A stretch of DNA of 64,000 nucleotides from Patescibacteria group bacterium (GCA_018902845.1 JAHIPV010000009.1:8950-72949); one strand, 5' to 3'. Counted from the first letter of the stretch, positions 37,991 through 47,744 are shown. The notes: a model not told the origin generated them from the letters alone. Program-made: numbers and translations.

Positions 37991-39540
37991 GGTGAATAGT
38001 TGACTGAAAAATCATAAAGAATGGGGGTGTTTTGGCCATCAATACTTTTTAAAAATGCCTTATATCTAAAATAGCGACCAATATTGGCACCTAAATAAAT
38101 CCCCTGCCCCTCTGAATCAGTATAAAGATCGTCGGAAAGATCAGTGCCGGCAGGACCATGATAAAGCCATGGACCATCTGCGTTTTCAGAGATAGCCGTT
38201 TGGAAACCGATCAAGGTATTTGGAAATGTTTGGCCAGAAAAACTGATTCTATTAAAAGCAGAAGATTGATTGGTATCCAAAACTGAAGAAATTAAGGTGC
38301 CTTCTGTAAAAAATCCTCCAACCCCGCCGGTTAAATCCATGGCATCAACATAAAAAATAAGAGTTGGGTCTGAATGATCCATTATTTTGGAAAAATATAT
38401 GGCTTCTAAATTATTTTCATAATCTTCCCCTATTTGTTCGTAATCTAAGCTGATTTCTGTCCAAGTTACAGGGGGTATAGTGATAGTCCTCTCGTCCCAT
38501 TGGCCATAAACAGCCGTAACATCTATTTCAATTTCATCTGGAGTGGGATTATAGGCATAAAAATGAAGATTGCGAAAACCGATGGTACAGATCTCATCAT
38601 AATTAAAAATTTTTACCCACGATCGCCATGAACCGGAACTGGGGGAATAAAGTTGGATTTTCATGGAATAACTTGATTCATTGTAAGTAAAATCGGCGGA
38701 GTTGGTGGATATAACACCATTAGAAAAAAATGTTAAAAATTTACACAAAAGCCATTCCCAAAAACCAAGTCCGCTACAATTGGTGCGCCAACCGTTTTGT
38801 AATTGGTCATCATAGATAAGAGATTCAGGTGAACCTCCCTGGCAACCTCCAAGAAGTTCTATTTCCCCGTTATTTATTGTGGGATCAGTGATTTTTACCA
38901 GATCCATTTGACCACCTTCGAAATCGGAAACCGTGCTTTGCTGCCAGGATAAATTATCGTAATAGCGAGTTAAATATTTACTTTGGGTAATTTGACTCGG
39001 ATGTAAACCTGTCCACGAACAGGTGGCTGCTATTTTTTTTGTTGACAAATCAAGGGTTCCGGAAGAATCAACAATGTCACCATTTTGATTGCGATAAACA
39101 GGACTAATGTCTATATAACGGGTAAAATTATCGACAAGCTCCCCGCTGGTAGTAGAGACAAGAGATAAAATTCCACCATCTTCATTAATAATGTAACGAC
39201 CGTTATTTAACAAATTCCAGTCAGCGTGTTGAATATTTTTTGTTTTTTCTAAATATTCAAGATTTAGAGCCGTGGCTTTGGTTTTTTCTTTACCAATCTC
39301 GGCAGTTTCTTGAGAGACAAAAAATAGTCTGGTGACGGCAAAAATAATTGTTGATAAAACTCCTATACATACAAGTATTTCTACTATTGAAAAAGCAAAT
39401 TGCTTGTCATTGCGAGGTAGTCTTTTAGTTCGTTTCAGAAATCCGCCTTTGGCGGATACTTCGCATTCGCGAGAGATCCCTCGACTTCGCTCGGGATGAC
39501 AGAATGGTTTGCTCGGGATGACACTAGTTTTATTTTTCAT
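37987..39540 (-). CDS. Large pilin-like protein with a repeat-expanded leader
   Basis: A|FSIVEILV prepilin motif after a 49-aa leader. Confidence 0.8.
   Translation of the reverse strand: MKNKTSVIPSKPFCHPERSRGISRECEVSAKGGFLKRTKRLPRNDKQFAFSIVEILVCIGVLSTIIFAVTRLFFVSQETAEIGKEKTKATALNLEYLEKTKNIQHADWNLLNNGRYIINEDGGILSLVSTTSGELVDNFTRYIDISPVYRNQNGDIVDSSGTLDLSTKKIAATCSWTGLHPSQITQSKYLTRYYDNLSWQQSTVSDFEGGQMDLVKITDPTINNGEIELLGGCQGGSPESLIYDDQLQNGWRTNCSGLGFWEWLLCKFLTFFSNGVISTNSADFTYNESSYSMKIQLYSPSSGSWRSWVKIFNYDEICTIGFRNLHFYAYNPTPDEIEIDVTAVYGQWDERTITIPPVTWTEISLDYEQIGEDYENNLEAIYFSKIMDHSDPTLIFYVDAMDLTGGVGGFFTEGTLISSVLDTNQSSAFNRISFSGQTFPNTLIGFQTAISENADGPWLYHGPAGTDLSDDLYTDSEGQGIYLGANIGRYFRYKAFLKSIDGQNTPILYDFSVNYSP
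39404..39524. repeat. Composite palindromic element inside the prepilin leader
   Basis: Encodes VIPSKPFCHPERSRGISRECEVSAKGGF...PRND. Confidence 0.9.
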
Positions 39541-40001
39541 TCTATATTTACAATTCCTAATTTATTAATTGATATTAATTTACTTTGGCCAGTGGTTATA
39601 TCCCGTAAAGTAAAATTTGACGGAGAAGAGTAATTATTTAAATAACCGCTTACTTTGACAAAGGTGGCTGTTTGGTTTGGTAAATTTATATCGACTATTT
39701 GAAGTGTAGAAGGCAGTGTTTTTTCTTGATTCTCGGGATCTGTGGGGGAAAAAGTTTCCCCCCTAAAAAGAACGTAACGACTGGAATCTAAATAAAGGGC
39801 GGACTGGATGCCATTAATTGTCTGGCTTTTGGCCTGATAAATAGTAGACTTGATTTCTGTAGCAAAAAGCTCCAGTTGGTTTTTTCTTTCTAGATTAGAA
39901 AAAGAAAGAATACTAATACCAAAAAGAACGGCCATAAATGACATGACCAGAACAACTTCAACCATGGTAACTCCTCTGTTTTTATTTATTTTAATTTTCA
40001 T
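39537..40001 (-). CDS. FimT/GspH-like minor pilin
   Basis: RG|VTMVEVVL motif. Confidence 0.82.
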   Translation of the reverse strand: MKIKINKNRGVTMVEVVLVMSFMAVLFGISILSFSNLERKNQLELFATEIKSTIYQAKSQTINGIQSALYLDSSRYVLFRGETFSPTDPENQEKTLPSTLQIVDINLPNQTATFVKVSGYLNNYSSPSNFTLRDITTGQSKLISINKLGIVNIE

Positions 40002-40021
40002 TGGTCATTATGAATTATTGC

Positions 40022-40098
40022 CGTCATCCTGAATTTAATTCAGGATCCTTTCGAGATCAAAACTTCCCTTGGGATCCTTCACTGTGTTCAGGATGACG
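40022..40098. repeat. Paired palindromic element, intergenic
   Basis: cgtcatcctgaatttaattcaggatc...ttcaggatgacg. Confidence 0.9.
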
Positions 40099-40111
40099 TT
40101 GTAATTTTGTT

Positions 40112-41326
40112 TTAGTTGGGTTGCAGTTTGCCAATAAGGCTATAAATTGGCGAAATAAATGTTAGAACCATAAAGCCAACGGCAATGCCAACAATAATCA
40201 TCAAAATAGGTTCGAGAAGAGTGATGAAATTCTTTAAGGAATTTTCTACTTCCTCCTGATAAAAAGTAGCAGTGTCTAGCAAAGTTTTTTCTAGGGTTCC
40301 GGTTTTTTCTCCAACGGCAACCATTTGGGTCATTAATGAAGGAAAAATTTTTGCCCGCAAAAAAACTTCGGTGAGAGAAGTTCCTTGTGAAATTTCTTTG
40401 GCAAATTGGTCGGCTAGTTTTTTTTTGCCAGGAAGAATCAAGGACTGACAAGCAATTTCCAGTGATTCCCCTATAGAAACGCCCCCTTTAAGCAGGGCAG
40501 AAAGGCTTTGGTTAAAACGAGTTAGGTTGTAATGAAGCAGAATATCCTTAAGGACGGGCAACTTGCTGGTTATCAAATAGATTAATCTTCCTCCTTTTTT
40601 GCTTCTGAAAAAAAGTGTTAGAAGAAATATTAATACAGGAACAGAAAGAAGAACAGCGAGACTGTTTTTTTGCATAAAAAGGCTGATGTTTAATAAAAGC
40701 TTAGTTAAAGGAGGAAGCTCTACATTAAGATTAGTAAAAACCTTGCCAAGTCGGGGAAGAACAAAAGTTAGCATGAGCAGACCAATGGCAAGCATAAGGC
40801 TGATAATTATGGCCGGATAAAGAAGAGAGCCTATAACTTTTTTGCGTAAATCTTCTTCCCTTTTGAATTGAATGGATAAATGGTTAAAAGACTGGTCTAA
40901 TGTCCCAGATATTTCACCTGTTTTAACCATGGCAAGAAATATATCGTCAAAAAACTTTGGATATTTTCCGAAACTGGAATGAAGGGAAGAACCTTTTCTG
41001 ATAGAAAAACTTATATCTTGAAGTACTTTTTTGACAGTTTTGTTTTCTGTACCCTTGATTAAAAGATTGACCGATTCTTCCAAAGGTAGGCCGGCATTCA
41101 TCATGGTGGAAAGATAGCGACAAATAGAGATTTTTTCTTTAACAGGAAATTTACCCGAAATTTTTATGTCTGCTGACAGAGAGCCTTCTTTTTGTTCTTT
41201 TAAAACAAGGACCTGATAACCTTTGTCCTTGAGGAGGGACTCGGCTTCTTTTTCCGATGAAGCATTGATGATATCGGCGATCAATTTTCCTTTTTTGTCA
41301 GTGGCTTTGTACTTAAAAAGGGGCAT
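40112..41326 (-). CDS. pilC: Type IV pilus platform protein PilC/GspF
   Basis: MPLFKYKA start, GEISGTL, YPA and EP motifs. Confidence 0.93.
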   Translation of the reverse strand: MPLFKYKATDKKGKLIADIINASSEKEAESLLKDKGYQVLVLKEQKEGSLSADIKISGKFPVKEKISICRYLSTMMNAGLPLEESVNLLIKGTENKTVKKVLQDISFSIRKGSSLHSSFGKYPKFFDDIFLAMVKTGEISGTLDQSFNHLSIQFKREEDLRKKVIGSLLYPAIIISLMLAIGLLMLTFVLPRLGKVFTNLNVELPPLTKLLLNISLFMQKNSLAVLLSVPVLIFLLTLFFRSKKGGRLIYLITSKLPVLKDILLHYNLTRFNQSLSALLKGGVSIGESLEIACQSLILPGKKKLADQFAKEISQGTSLTEVFLRAKIFPSLMTQMVAVGEKTGTLEKTLLDTATFYQEEVENSLKNFITLLEPILMIIVGIAVGFMVLTFISPIYSLIGKLQPN

Positions 41327-41362
41327 TAAATAAGAATAGCATGGGAATAAGTTTTTTGGGTG

Positions 41363-41401
41363 TTGACTAAGAATACGGATTGTTGTAGAATTGTACAACA
41401 A
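41363..41401 (+). promoter_or_regulatory. Promoter and inverted-repeat operator of the AbiE cassette
   Basis: TTGACT-17nt-TAGAAT; TTGTTGTA-N6-TACAACAA. Confidence 0.7.
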
Positions 41402-41402
41402 A

Positions 41403-42002
41403 ATGAAATATATAGATTTTTTAAGACATTTTGATAAGAGACAAATAATATCTACCCAAAATGTTAGAAATAAATTTGGAAATATAGATAGGCATCATTT
41501 TAGCGTTTGGGTTAAAAAAGGCTGGCTTGTTGCAATTAAAAAAGGTTTTTATGCTTTACCGCAGAAAGATTTAGACGTGCATTTAATTGCAAACAGAGTC
41601 AATAAATCATATATATCTTTGGAATATGCTTTGTCTTTTTACCAAATAATTCCCGAAATAACTCGCGTGATTACCAGTGTTTCTTGCGAAAGAGCAGAAA
41701 AATTTGAAAATGATTTTGGGACTTTCAGTTATTATAAAATTAAGTCTGATTTGTTTACCGGTTATGTAAAGAGAGAGTCAAAACTTAAGGATGTGTTTTT
41801 TAAAATAGCAAGCCCTGAAAAGGCGTTGTTTGATTTGGTTTATTTTAGGGACGATTTAAGAAGTAAAAATGACTTAATAGAATTAAGGTTAAATTTAGAA
41901 AAAAAAATAGATTTGAGAAAAGTCTATAGTTATGTTGAATTAATTCAATCAAAAATAATAAAAAAACGATTATTAAATTTTTTTGATTACTTAAATGCTT
42001 GA
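41403..42002 (+). CDS. AbiEi-family type IV antitoxin
   Basis: KKGFY, SYISLEYALSFYQIIPE and ASPEKALFD motifs. Confidence 0.85.
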   Translation: MKYIDFLRHFDKRQIISTQNVRNKFGNIDRHHFSVWVKKGWLVAIKKGFYALPQKDLDVHLIANRVNKSYISLEYALSFYQIIPEITRVITSVSCERAEKFENDFGTFSYYKIKSDLFTGYVKRESKLKDVFFKIASPEKALFDLVYFRDDLRSKNDLIELRLNLEKKIDLRKVYSYVELIQSKIIKKRLLNFFDYLNA

Positions 42003-42834
42003 TTTTAAAGAGATAAAAAAATATTTTCCTTTAAATGAGTCCCGTTTAGACAGGGCGGTATTAGTGGAATATTTGCAATACAAAATATTAGAGATTTTGT
42101 TTGAATCTAAATTTGGTGAAAAATTGGTTTTTATGGGTGGAACTAGCGCGAGAATTATTTATGGAAATGATAGATTTTCTGAAGATTTGGATTTAGACGG
42201 ATATGCTTTAAAAAAAGATGATTTTGGTTTGATGATAAAAAATTTAGCGTTGAATTTAAAAAGAGAAGCCTTTGAAGTTGAATATAGAAATGTTTATAAA
42301 GGAGTGTTTAGGTGCTATTTAAAATTTCTAAATTTATTGCAAAAATTTAATTTGACAGATTATGAAACTGAAAAAATATTGATACAACTTGATATTAATC
42401 AAAAAAAGGGAAAAGTAAAATTTGAAACAAGAATTATTAATAAATTTGATGTTTTTGCTGAAATTAGAGTATATCCAATAGACATGCTTTTATCTCAAAA
42501 AATAATTGCACTTTTAAACAGAAAGCGACCTAAAGGCAGAGATATTTATGATATTGTTTTTTTGTTTTCAAAAACACAACCTGAGTGGAATTTATTGAAA
42601 AAAGAAATTGGTATAGAAGGAAAGTCAGAATTGAAAGAAAAATTTGAAATTTTTTGTGAAAAAAATGATTTGAAAAAATTGGCTAGAGATGTAGAGCCTT
42701 TTTTGATTAAATCAAAAAAAATTATTCAGGTGGAAAAATTTAGAGATTGGGTAAAAACAAGTTATTCTTTGGTGGCGGCGAAGATTTCTTCGATAGTAGT
42801 AAATCCAGAGGCAATTTTGTCAAAACCGTCTTGA
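41995..42834 (+). CDS. AbiEii-family nucleotidyltransferase toxin
   Basis: FMGGTS, RFSEDLD and K..RDIYD motifs. Confidence 0.9.
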   Translation: MLDFKEIKKYFPLNESRLDRAVLVEYLQYKILEILFESKFGEKLVFMGGTSARIIYGNDRFSEDLDLDGYALKKDDFGLMIKNLALNLKREAFEVEYRNVYKGVFRCYLKFLNLLQKFNLTDYETEKILIQLDINQKKGKVKFETRIINKFDVFAEIRVYPIDMLLSQKIIALLNRKRPKGRDIYDIVFLFSKTQPEWNLLKKEIGIEGKSELKEKFEIFCEKNDLKKLARDVEPFLIKSKKIIQVEKFRDWVKTSYSLVAAKISSIVVNPEAILSKPS

Positions 42835-44456
42835 AGCATGGTTACCATACCAGCCTTGACAGCGGCTTTTTTGATTTCTTCTTCGTTGGTCATTTTGAGA
42901 GTAAGTTGGCGAATCTCATCGTTAACTTCCATAACCTCGTAAATACCGACCCGCCCCCTGTATCCAGTTTGATTACATTTTTCACAACCCTTGCCTTTGT
43001 AAAACTTTTGTTTGTCAAAATTTTTACCAAGAGATTTATTGATATGGTCTAATGTTTCTTGACTGGGTTTGAATTCTCCAACACAAGCGGGACAAATACG
43101 GCGGACAAGTCTTTGGGCAATAACTATATTGATAGTGGAAGATAGTAAATATCCTTCGGTACCCATATCCAAAAAACGGGGAATTGCGCCAGGAGCAGAA
43201 TTAGTGTGAAGTGTAGAAAGAACCAGATGGCCGGTAAGAGCCGAATGGACGGCCATATTGGCAGTTTCGGTATCTCTAATTTCACCGACCATGATAATGT
43301 CAGGATCGTGCCTAAGTAAAGATCTAAGACCAACATTAAAATCTAAACCTGTTTTGTGATTGACCTGGATTTGACTGATACGAGGCATACTATACTCAAC
43401 CGGATCCTCAATGGTACAAATTTTGACCTTGATTGTATTAAGAATGTTTAAAATACTATAAAGAGTAGTGGTTTTGCCTGATCCTGTGGGTCCGGTAACC
43501 AGAATCATACCGTTAGGTTTTTTGATGTTTCTTTTGACTATTTCCAAACTAACTGCCGATAAACCGAGTTCTTCTAAATTTAAGGGGCGCGAAGAGGTTG
43601 GTAGAAGTCTTAAAACAATATTTTCTCCAAAAAAACTGGGTATAATAGAAACACGTATACCTATTGAGATTTCATCTACCTTGAATTTGAAACGACCATC
43701 TTGAGGCACCCTATGTTCGTCAATTTTTAGATTAGATAAAACTTTTATTCTGGCAACTATAGCCGGCTGAATGTCTTTGGGAAGAATCAAAACATCAGAC
43801 AATACACCGTCAACTCTCAATCTAACAATAAGAGAGTCTGATTGGGTTTCAAAATGAAGGTCGGAAGCATTTTCGGCGGCAGCATATTCAAGTATGGCAT
43901 CTAAAATTTTTACTACCGGCAAATTGGTAGCTACTTTAAGCAACTTTTCTACCGTGTCTTTTTCTGTAACAGAACCGGCTTTTTTTATATTTTGGGTAAT
44001 AATATCTTTAAACTTTTTTTTGATGTCACGCTTATATTGGTTTAAAGCTCTGGCAAGGTCAGCCGGACTGGTAAAAAAAACAGAAACAGGAAGGTCAACT
44101 TGACGTTTGGCGGTTTCTAGGGCTTCAAAGTTTTGCGGATCTTCCATGGCCAAAGACAGTCCCTTGTCGGTTTTTTCAAATGGAATCATGCGATAACGAC
44201 GGGCTAGGTTTTCCGGTATCAGATCTAATATTTCATCAGGGATTAAGTAGTTTTTTAGCGGTACATAGGGAAGATTTAAGCTTTCTGCGACAAGACGGGT
44301 CAAAACCTCTTCTGACAAAAGACCCCTAAAAACAAGCGTATCGGCCAAAGATCTGTCTAAATCCTTGGAGGCTTTATAGGCTTCTTCCAAATCTTGACTT
44401 GAAAGAAACTTGTTTTTTTTTAAAATTTCGTAAAGTGTTTCTTCGTATTTTTTCAT
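42762..44456 (-). CDS. pilB: Type IV pilus assembly ATPase PilB/GspE
   Basis: GPTGSGKTT, EDPVE, GEIRD and tetra-Cys motif. Confidence 0.95.
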   Translation of the reverse strand: MKKYEETLYEILKKNKFLSSQDLEEAYKASKDLDRSLADTLVFRGLLSEEVLTRLVAESLNLPYVPLKNYLIPDEILDLIPENLARRYRMIPFEKTDKGLSLAMEDPQNFEALETAKRQVDLPVSVFFTSPADLARALNQYKRDIKKKFKDIITQNIKKAGSVTEKDTVEKLLKVATNLPVVKILDAILEYAAAENASDLHFETQSDSLIVRLRVDGVLSDVLILPKDIQPAIVARIKVLSNLKIDEHRVPQDGRFKFKVDEISIGIRVSIIPSFFGENIVLRLLPTSSRPLNLEELGLSAVSLEIVKRNIKKPNGMILVTGPTGSGKTTTLYSILNILNTIKVKICTIEDPVEYSMPRISQIQVNHKTGLDFNVGLRSLLRHDPDIIMVGEIRDTETANMAVHSALTGHLVLSTLHTNSAPGAIPRFLDMGTEGYLLSSTINIVIAQRLVRRICPACVGEFKPSQETLDHINKSLGKNFDKQKFYKGKGCEKCNQTGYRGRVGIYEVMEVNDEIRQLTLKMTNEEEIKKAAVKAGMVTMLQDGFDKIASGFTTIEEIFAATKE

Positions 44457-44462
44457 GATAGT

Positions 44463-44572
44463 TTGTCATTCCGACCGAAGTGGAGGAATCCCTGAATTTA
44501 TTTCAGAAATCCCGCCATAGGCGGGATACCTCAGACAAGCTGAGAGATCCTTCGGCTACGCTCAGGATGACG
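44463..44572. repeat. Paired composite element that supplies the stop codon of the receiver gene
   Basis: ORF 44562..44930 ends PSS* inside the element. Confidence 0.9.
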
Positions 44573-44930
44573 GAGGCAGGTAATTTTTGATTTTTTCCAA
44601 CAGTTCAAGCGGATTTAAGTCTGCTTTTAATATAAATTCTTTGGCTCCGTTTTCTAGAGCCTCTTTTTTGGCATCTTGGCTCATTAGATTAGTATAAAGC
44701 AGGACGGTTGTATTTTTGTTTATTCCTTTTTTGATTTCTTTAAGAAGATTTAAGCCGTCAATTTTTGGAAGCATGATATCAAGCAAGATCAGATCAAACT
44801 TATCCTTTATTTTTTCTAAAGCATCTTGTCCGTCTAAAGACAAGTGAACTTGGTGCTGATCTTTTTGCAATTTGGTGGAATATATTTTGGAATTAAGCAT
44901 GTCGTCGTCGACGATAAGGAGTTTAGCCAT
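44562..44930 (-). CDS. Stand-alone response regulator receiver
   Basis: IVDDD, LLDIMLP, conserved T and K. Confidence 0.92.
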   Translation of the reverse strand: MAKLLIVDDDMLNSKIYSTKLQKDQHQVHLSLDGQDALEKIKDKFDLILLDIMLPKIDGLNLLKEIKKGINKNTTVLLYTNLMSQDAKKEALENGAKEFILKADLNPLELLEKIKNYLPPSS

Positions 44931-45102
44931 GAATTGTGGTGTTTTTTATTAAATTAATTAAATCCTGATTAGAATCATAGGCTTTTTGAAGTAGATTGGA
45001 GTTTTTGTCTGATTGTTTTTTGTCATCCAAAATAAGAGCCAAGCAATTTTTTATAATAGATAATTTTCCCAAAAAATCGTGAGAGTTTACTTTTATATTC
45101 AT
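44923..45102 (-). CDS. 59-aa stand-alone HisKA/DHp-like protein (not in the ORF track)
   Basis: MNIKVNSHDFLGKLSIIKNCLALILDDKKQSDKNSNLLQKAYDSNQDLINLIKNTTIHG; aligns by eye with the DHp of the adjacent kinase; 8-nt overlap with the next gene. Confidence 0.7.
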   Translation of the reverse strand: MNIKVNSHDFLGKLSIIKNCLALILDDKKQSDKNSNLLQKAYDSNQDLINLIKNTTIHG

Positions 45103-45112
45103 GTTGTTTCTA

Positions 45113-45176
45113 AAATCCGCCCTTGGCGGATATCTCGCATTCGCGAGAGATCCCTCCGCTACGGTCGGGATGACAA
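45113..45176. repeat. Solo composite palindromic element, intergenic
   Basis: Sibling of the 39430-39500 segment. Confidence 0.88.
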
Positions 45177-45179
45177 TAA

Positions 45180-45572
45180 CTAATTAATTTTTAAAAAACG
45201 GTTAACATTTTCGATAAACTCACCTGGAGTTAGGTCGCTTTTGATAAGATAGCCGGCTACTCCCATAGCAACACTATCTGCAATGGCGGTATCTTTGCTC
45301 AGGTTGGTTAAAACCACAATTTTGCCATTGGCTTTTTTTGGTTTGGGATCATTTTTTAACTTTTTTAAGATTTCTAGGCCATCGATTTTGGGAAGCATGA
45401 TATCAAGTAAGATCAGATCATAACCACCTTTTAAAATAGCCAAATAACCATCGTAGCCATTGGCAGCTTGATCAACGGAAAAACCTTCTTCGGTCAAAAT
45501 GTCAACATAAAGCTCCCTTAAATAAATTTCATCTTCAACAACTAGTATTTTTTTGTTTGATAAGTTAGTCAT
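45180..45572 (-). CDS. Stand-alone response regulator receiver
   Basis: VVEDE and LLDIMLP motifs. Confidence 0.92.
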   Translation of the reverse strand: MTNLSNKKILVVEDEIYLRELYVDILTEEGFSVDQAANGYDGYLAILKGGYDLILLDIMLPKIDGLEILKKLKNDPKPKKANGKIVVLTNLSKDTAIADSVAMGVAGYLIKSDLTPGEFIENVNRFLKIN

Positions 45573-47709
45573 TGTATTTTGGAAGAGAAAAAATAAAAGT
45601 GCTTCCTTCGCCTACTTTTGATTGTACCCATATTCTACCCTTATGCAAACCAATGATTTGTTTTGCTATATAAAGACCCAGTCCAGTACCGGGAGTTTCG
45701 GCTAGTTTGGCAAACGAGCCACCAAGGCGTCCAAATTTTTTGAAAAGGTTTGGCATGCTTCTTTTGGGAATTCCGGGGCCGGTATCCTTGATACTGGTTT
45801 CTATTTTGCCATTTTTGTCTTGGAAAAAAATCTGGACAGAGCCTTTTGGCGGGGTGAATTTAATGGCATTGCTGATTATGTTTTGGAGGACTTCTGTTAT
45901 TTTGTGTTCGTCGGCTCTGGTAAAAGATTTAAACTCTGGTTTTTCAAAAGAGAATTTTATTTGCTTTTCGTCGGCTTTTATTTTTAGTTCATCAAAAACT
46001 TGCTTGGCCAATAAGGCAAGATCTAATTTGACAAAGTTAAGATCAAGACGACGGCCTTCGATTCTGGAAATAGTAAGCATATCTTTAACTAGGGTTATTG
46101 TTCTTTCGGTTGATATATAAGCCCTGTTTAGATTTGTTGTGAGTTTTTGGCTGAGTTCTTTTTTGTGTTTATTAAGCGCCAGCCATAAGTAGCTTTTTAT
46201 GGCGGTCATTGGAGTTCGAAGTTCATGAGAAGCAATTGAAACAAATTCGTCTTTTAGAGAAGATAATTCTTTTAATCTTAAATTGGCTTTTTTAAGCTTA
46301 AGAGTAGCTTTGTCGATTTCTCCTCTAAGGGTTTCACTAAATTGCTGAATTTCGTAATAAGCCAGTGAGTTTTGGATAGCTACTGCCATTTGAGAAGCCA
46401 AAATTTCTAAAATCTCTATATCTTGTGATGAGTAAATATCACCAGAAGATTTTTCTCCTAAAAGTAAAAGTCCTATTTTCTTGTTTTCGATTTTTAAGGA
46501 AATTGAAAAAGCAGTTTGGGTCTGGTACATGGCTTTTTTACTTGATGTTTCATCCAGTTCTTCTAAAACGATGACATTTTTGGGAGATTTGTAAAGGGTT
46601 AATATGCTTTTTTCATTAAGATTTATATTATCAGGATAAGTGTGAAGAGATAACTTCTTGGATAGGTTTTTATTTTTAAGAAAAATAGCTCCGTAAGAAA
46701 TTTTCATTTCTTCAGTTAGTTTCTGTAAAAAAAATTGATTTAAATCTTTTAGAAGAATGGTAGAAGACATGAGTTTTCCCATGTTTTTTAAAAGTTTTTC
46801 CGGGTGATACCTTTTTTTATAAAATATCTCATCGGTGTTTTTTTCTAAGTAGCTTCTTAGTGGTTGAAAAGAGAAAGCCATTATTAGAGATAAAAAGGTG
46901 GAAAGTATAAACTCTTGTTTACTGGTCATATTGACCATAAGAAAATTACCAAGAATAGAAAAGGTTCCGGCATAAAGACCGGCGAGAATGGTTAAAAGGA
47001 GAAAATAAATGAGAAGTTTGACAAAGATAAGGCGAATATCAAGAAGCCTGTGTTTAATTATGGCATAGCTAATAATGGCGATCATAAAGGTGATAAATAT
47101 AGGGCCTATGTGAATATATTTGTAGTTACCAAAAAGAGGAAGAAAAATATTAAAAGGAAGAGCACCTATTAAAGGAAAAAAAACAGACAAAAGAATAAGA
47201 CGAAGTTGAGCTTTTTGAAAACCTCGAGAATTAAGGAATTTTTTAACAAGTTTGATTACAGCCCAAGCAAAAAAAATACAAAAATAAAGAATCCAAAAAG
47301 GATAGATTGGCCCAAGAGAAACTACTGGGCCGTGAGGACTTGGATTTATTTTTTGAATAAAAAAATTTGAAAAGATGAGAAGATAGATTATAAAAGTGGG
47401 TATGCCGGCAAATACAAGGTTTTGGTTTTTTGAAGGTAGTTTTTTTTCAGTAAGAATATGAGCGAAATAAACAAAAGAAGACGGAACTAAAGTGCCTGAA
47501 ATATAAATAAGTCGATCCCAAAACAGAGCCACGGGGATGTTGGTAGAAGCGCGAAAAAAGGCAATGGAAAGTGGCCAAAGAGAAGCATTAAGAATAAAAA
47601 TAGCAAAGGAACTATTGGTGGTATTTTTTTGATTACGAAAATATACGATAAAAGCAAGGACTAGGTTAACGAAACTAATGAAAAGAAGAAAAAGACTAAT
47701 AAAATCCAT
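45565..47709 (-). CDS. Sensor histidine kinase (multi-TM N-terminus, GAF-like, HisKA, HATPase)
   Basis: SHELRTP, NAIKFT, DTGPGI and GTGLGL motifs. Confidence 0.95.
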   Translation of the reverse strand: MDFISLFLLFISFVNLVLAFIVYFRNQKNTTNSSFAIFILNASLWPLSIAFFRASTNIPVALFWDRLIYISGTLVPSSFVYFAHILTEKKLPSKNQNLVFAGIPTFIIYLLIFSNFFIQKINPSPHGPVVSLGPIYPFWILYFCIFFAWAVIKLVKKFLNSRGFQKAQLRLILLSVFFPLIGALPFNIFLPLFGNYKYIHIGPIFITFMIAIISYAIIKHRLLDIRLIFVKLLIYFLLLTILAGLYAGTFSILGNFLMVNMTSKQEFILSTFLSLIMAFSFQPLRSYLEKNTDEIFYKKRYHPEKLLKNMGKLMSSTILLKDLNQFFLQKLTEEMKISYGAIFLKNKNLSKKLSLHTYPDNINLNEKSILTLYKSPKNVIVLEELDETSSKKAMYQTQTAFSISLKIENKKIGLLLLGEKSSGDIYSSQDIEILEILASQMAVAIQNSLAYYEIQQFSETLRGEIDKATLKLKKANLRLKELSSLKDEFVSIASHELRTPMTAIKSYLWLALNKHKKELSQKLTTNLNRAYISTERTITLVKDMLTISRIEGRRLDLNFVKLDLALLAKQVFDELKIKADEKQIKFSFEKPEFKSFTRADEHKITEVLQNIISNAIKFTPPKGSVQIFFQDKNGKIETSIKDTGPGIPKRSMPNLFKKFGRLGGSFAKLAETPGTGLGLYIAKQIIGLHKGRIWVQSKVGEGSTFIFSLPKYND

Positions 47710-47744
47710 TAAGAAATTTTAGCATGAGAAGAAAATAACTTGCC

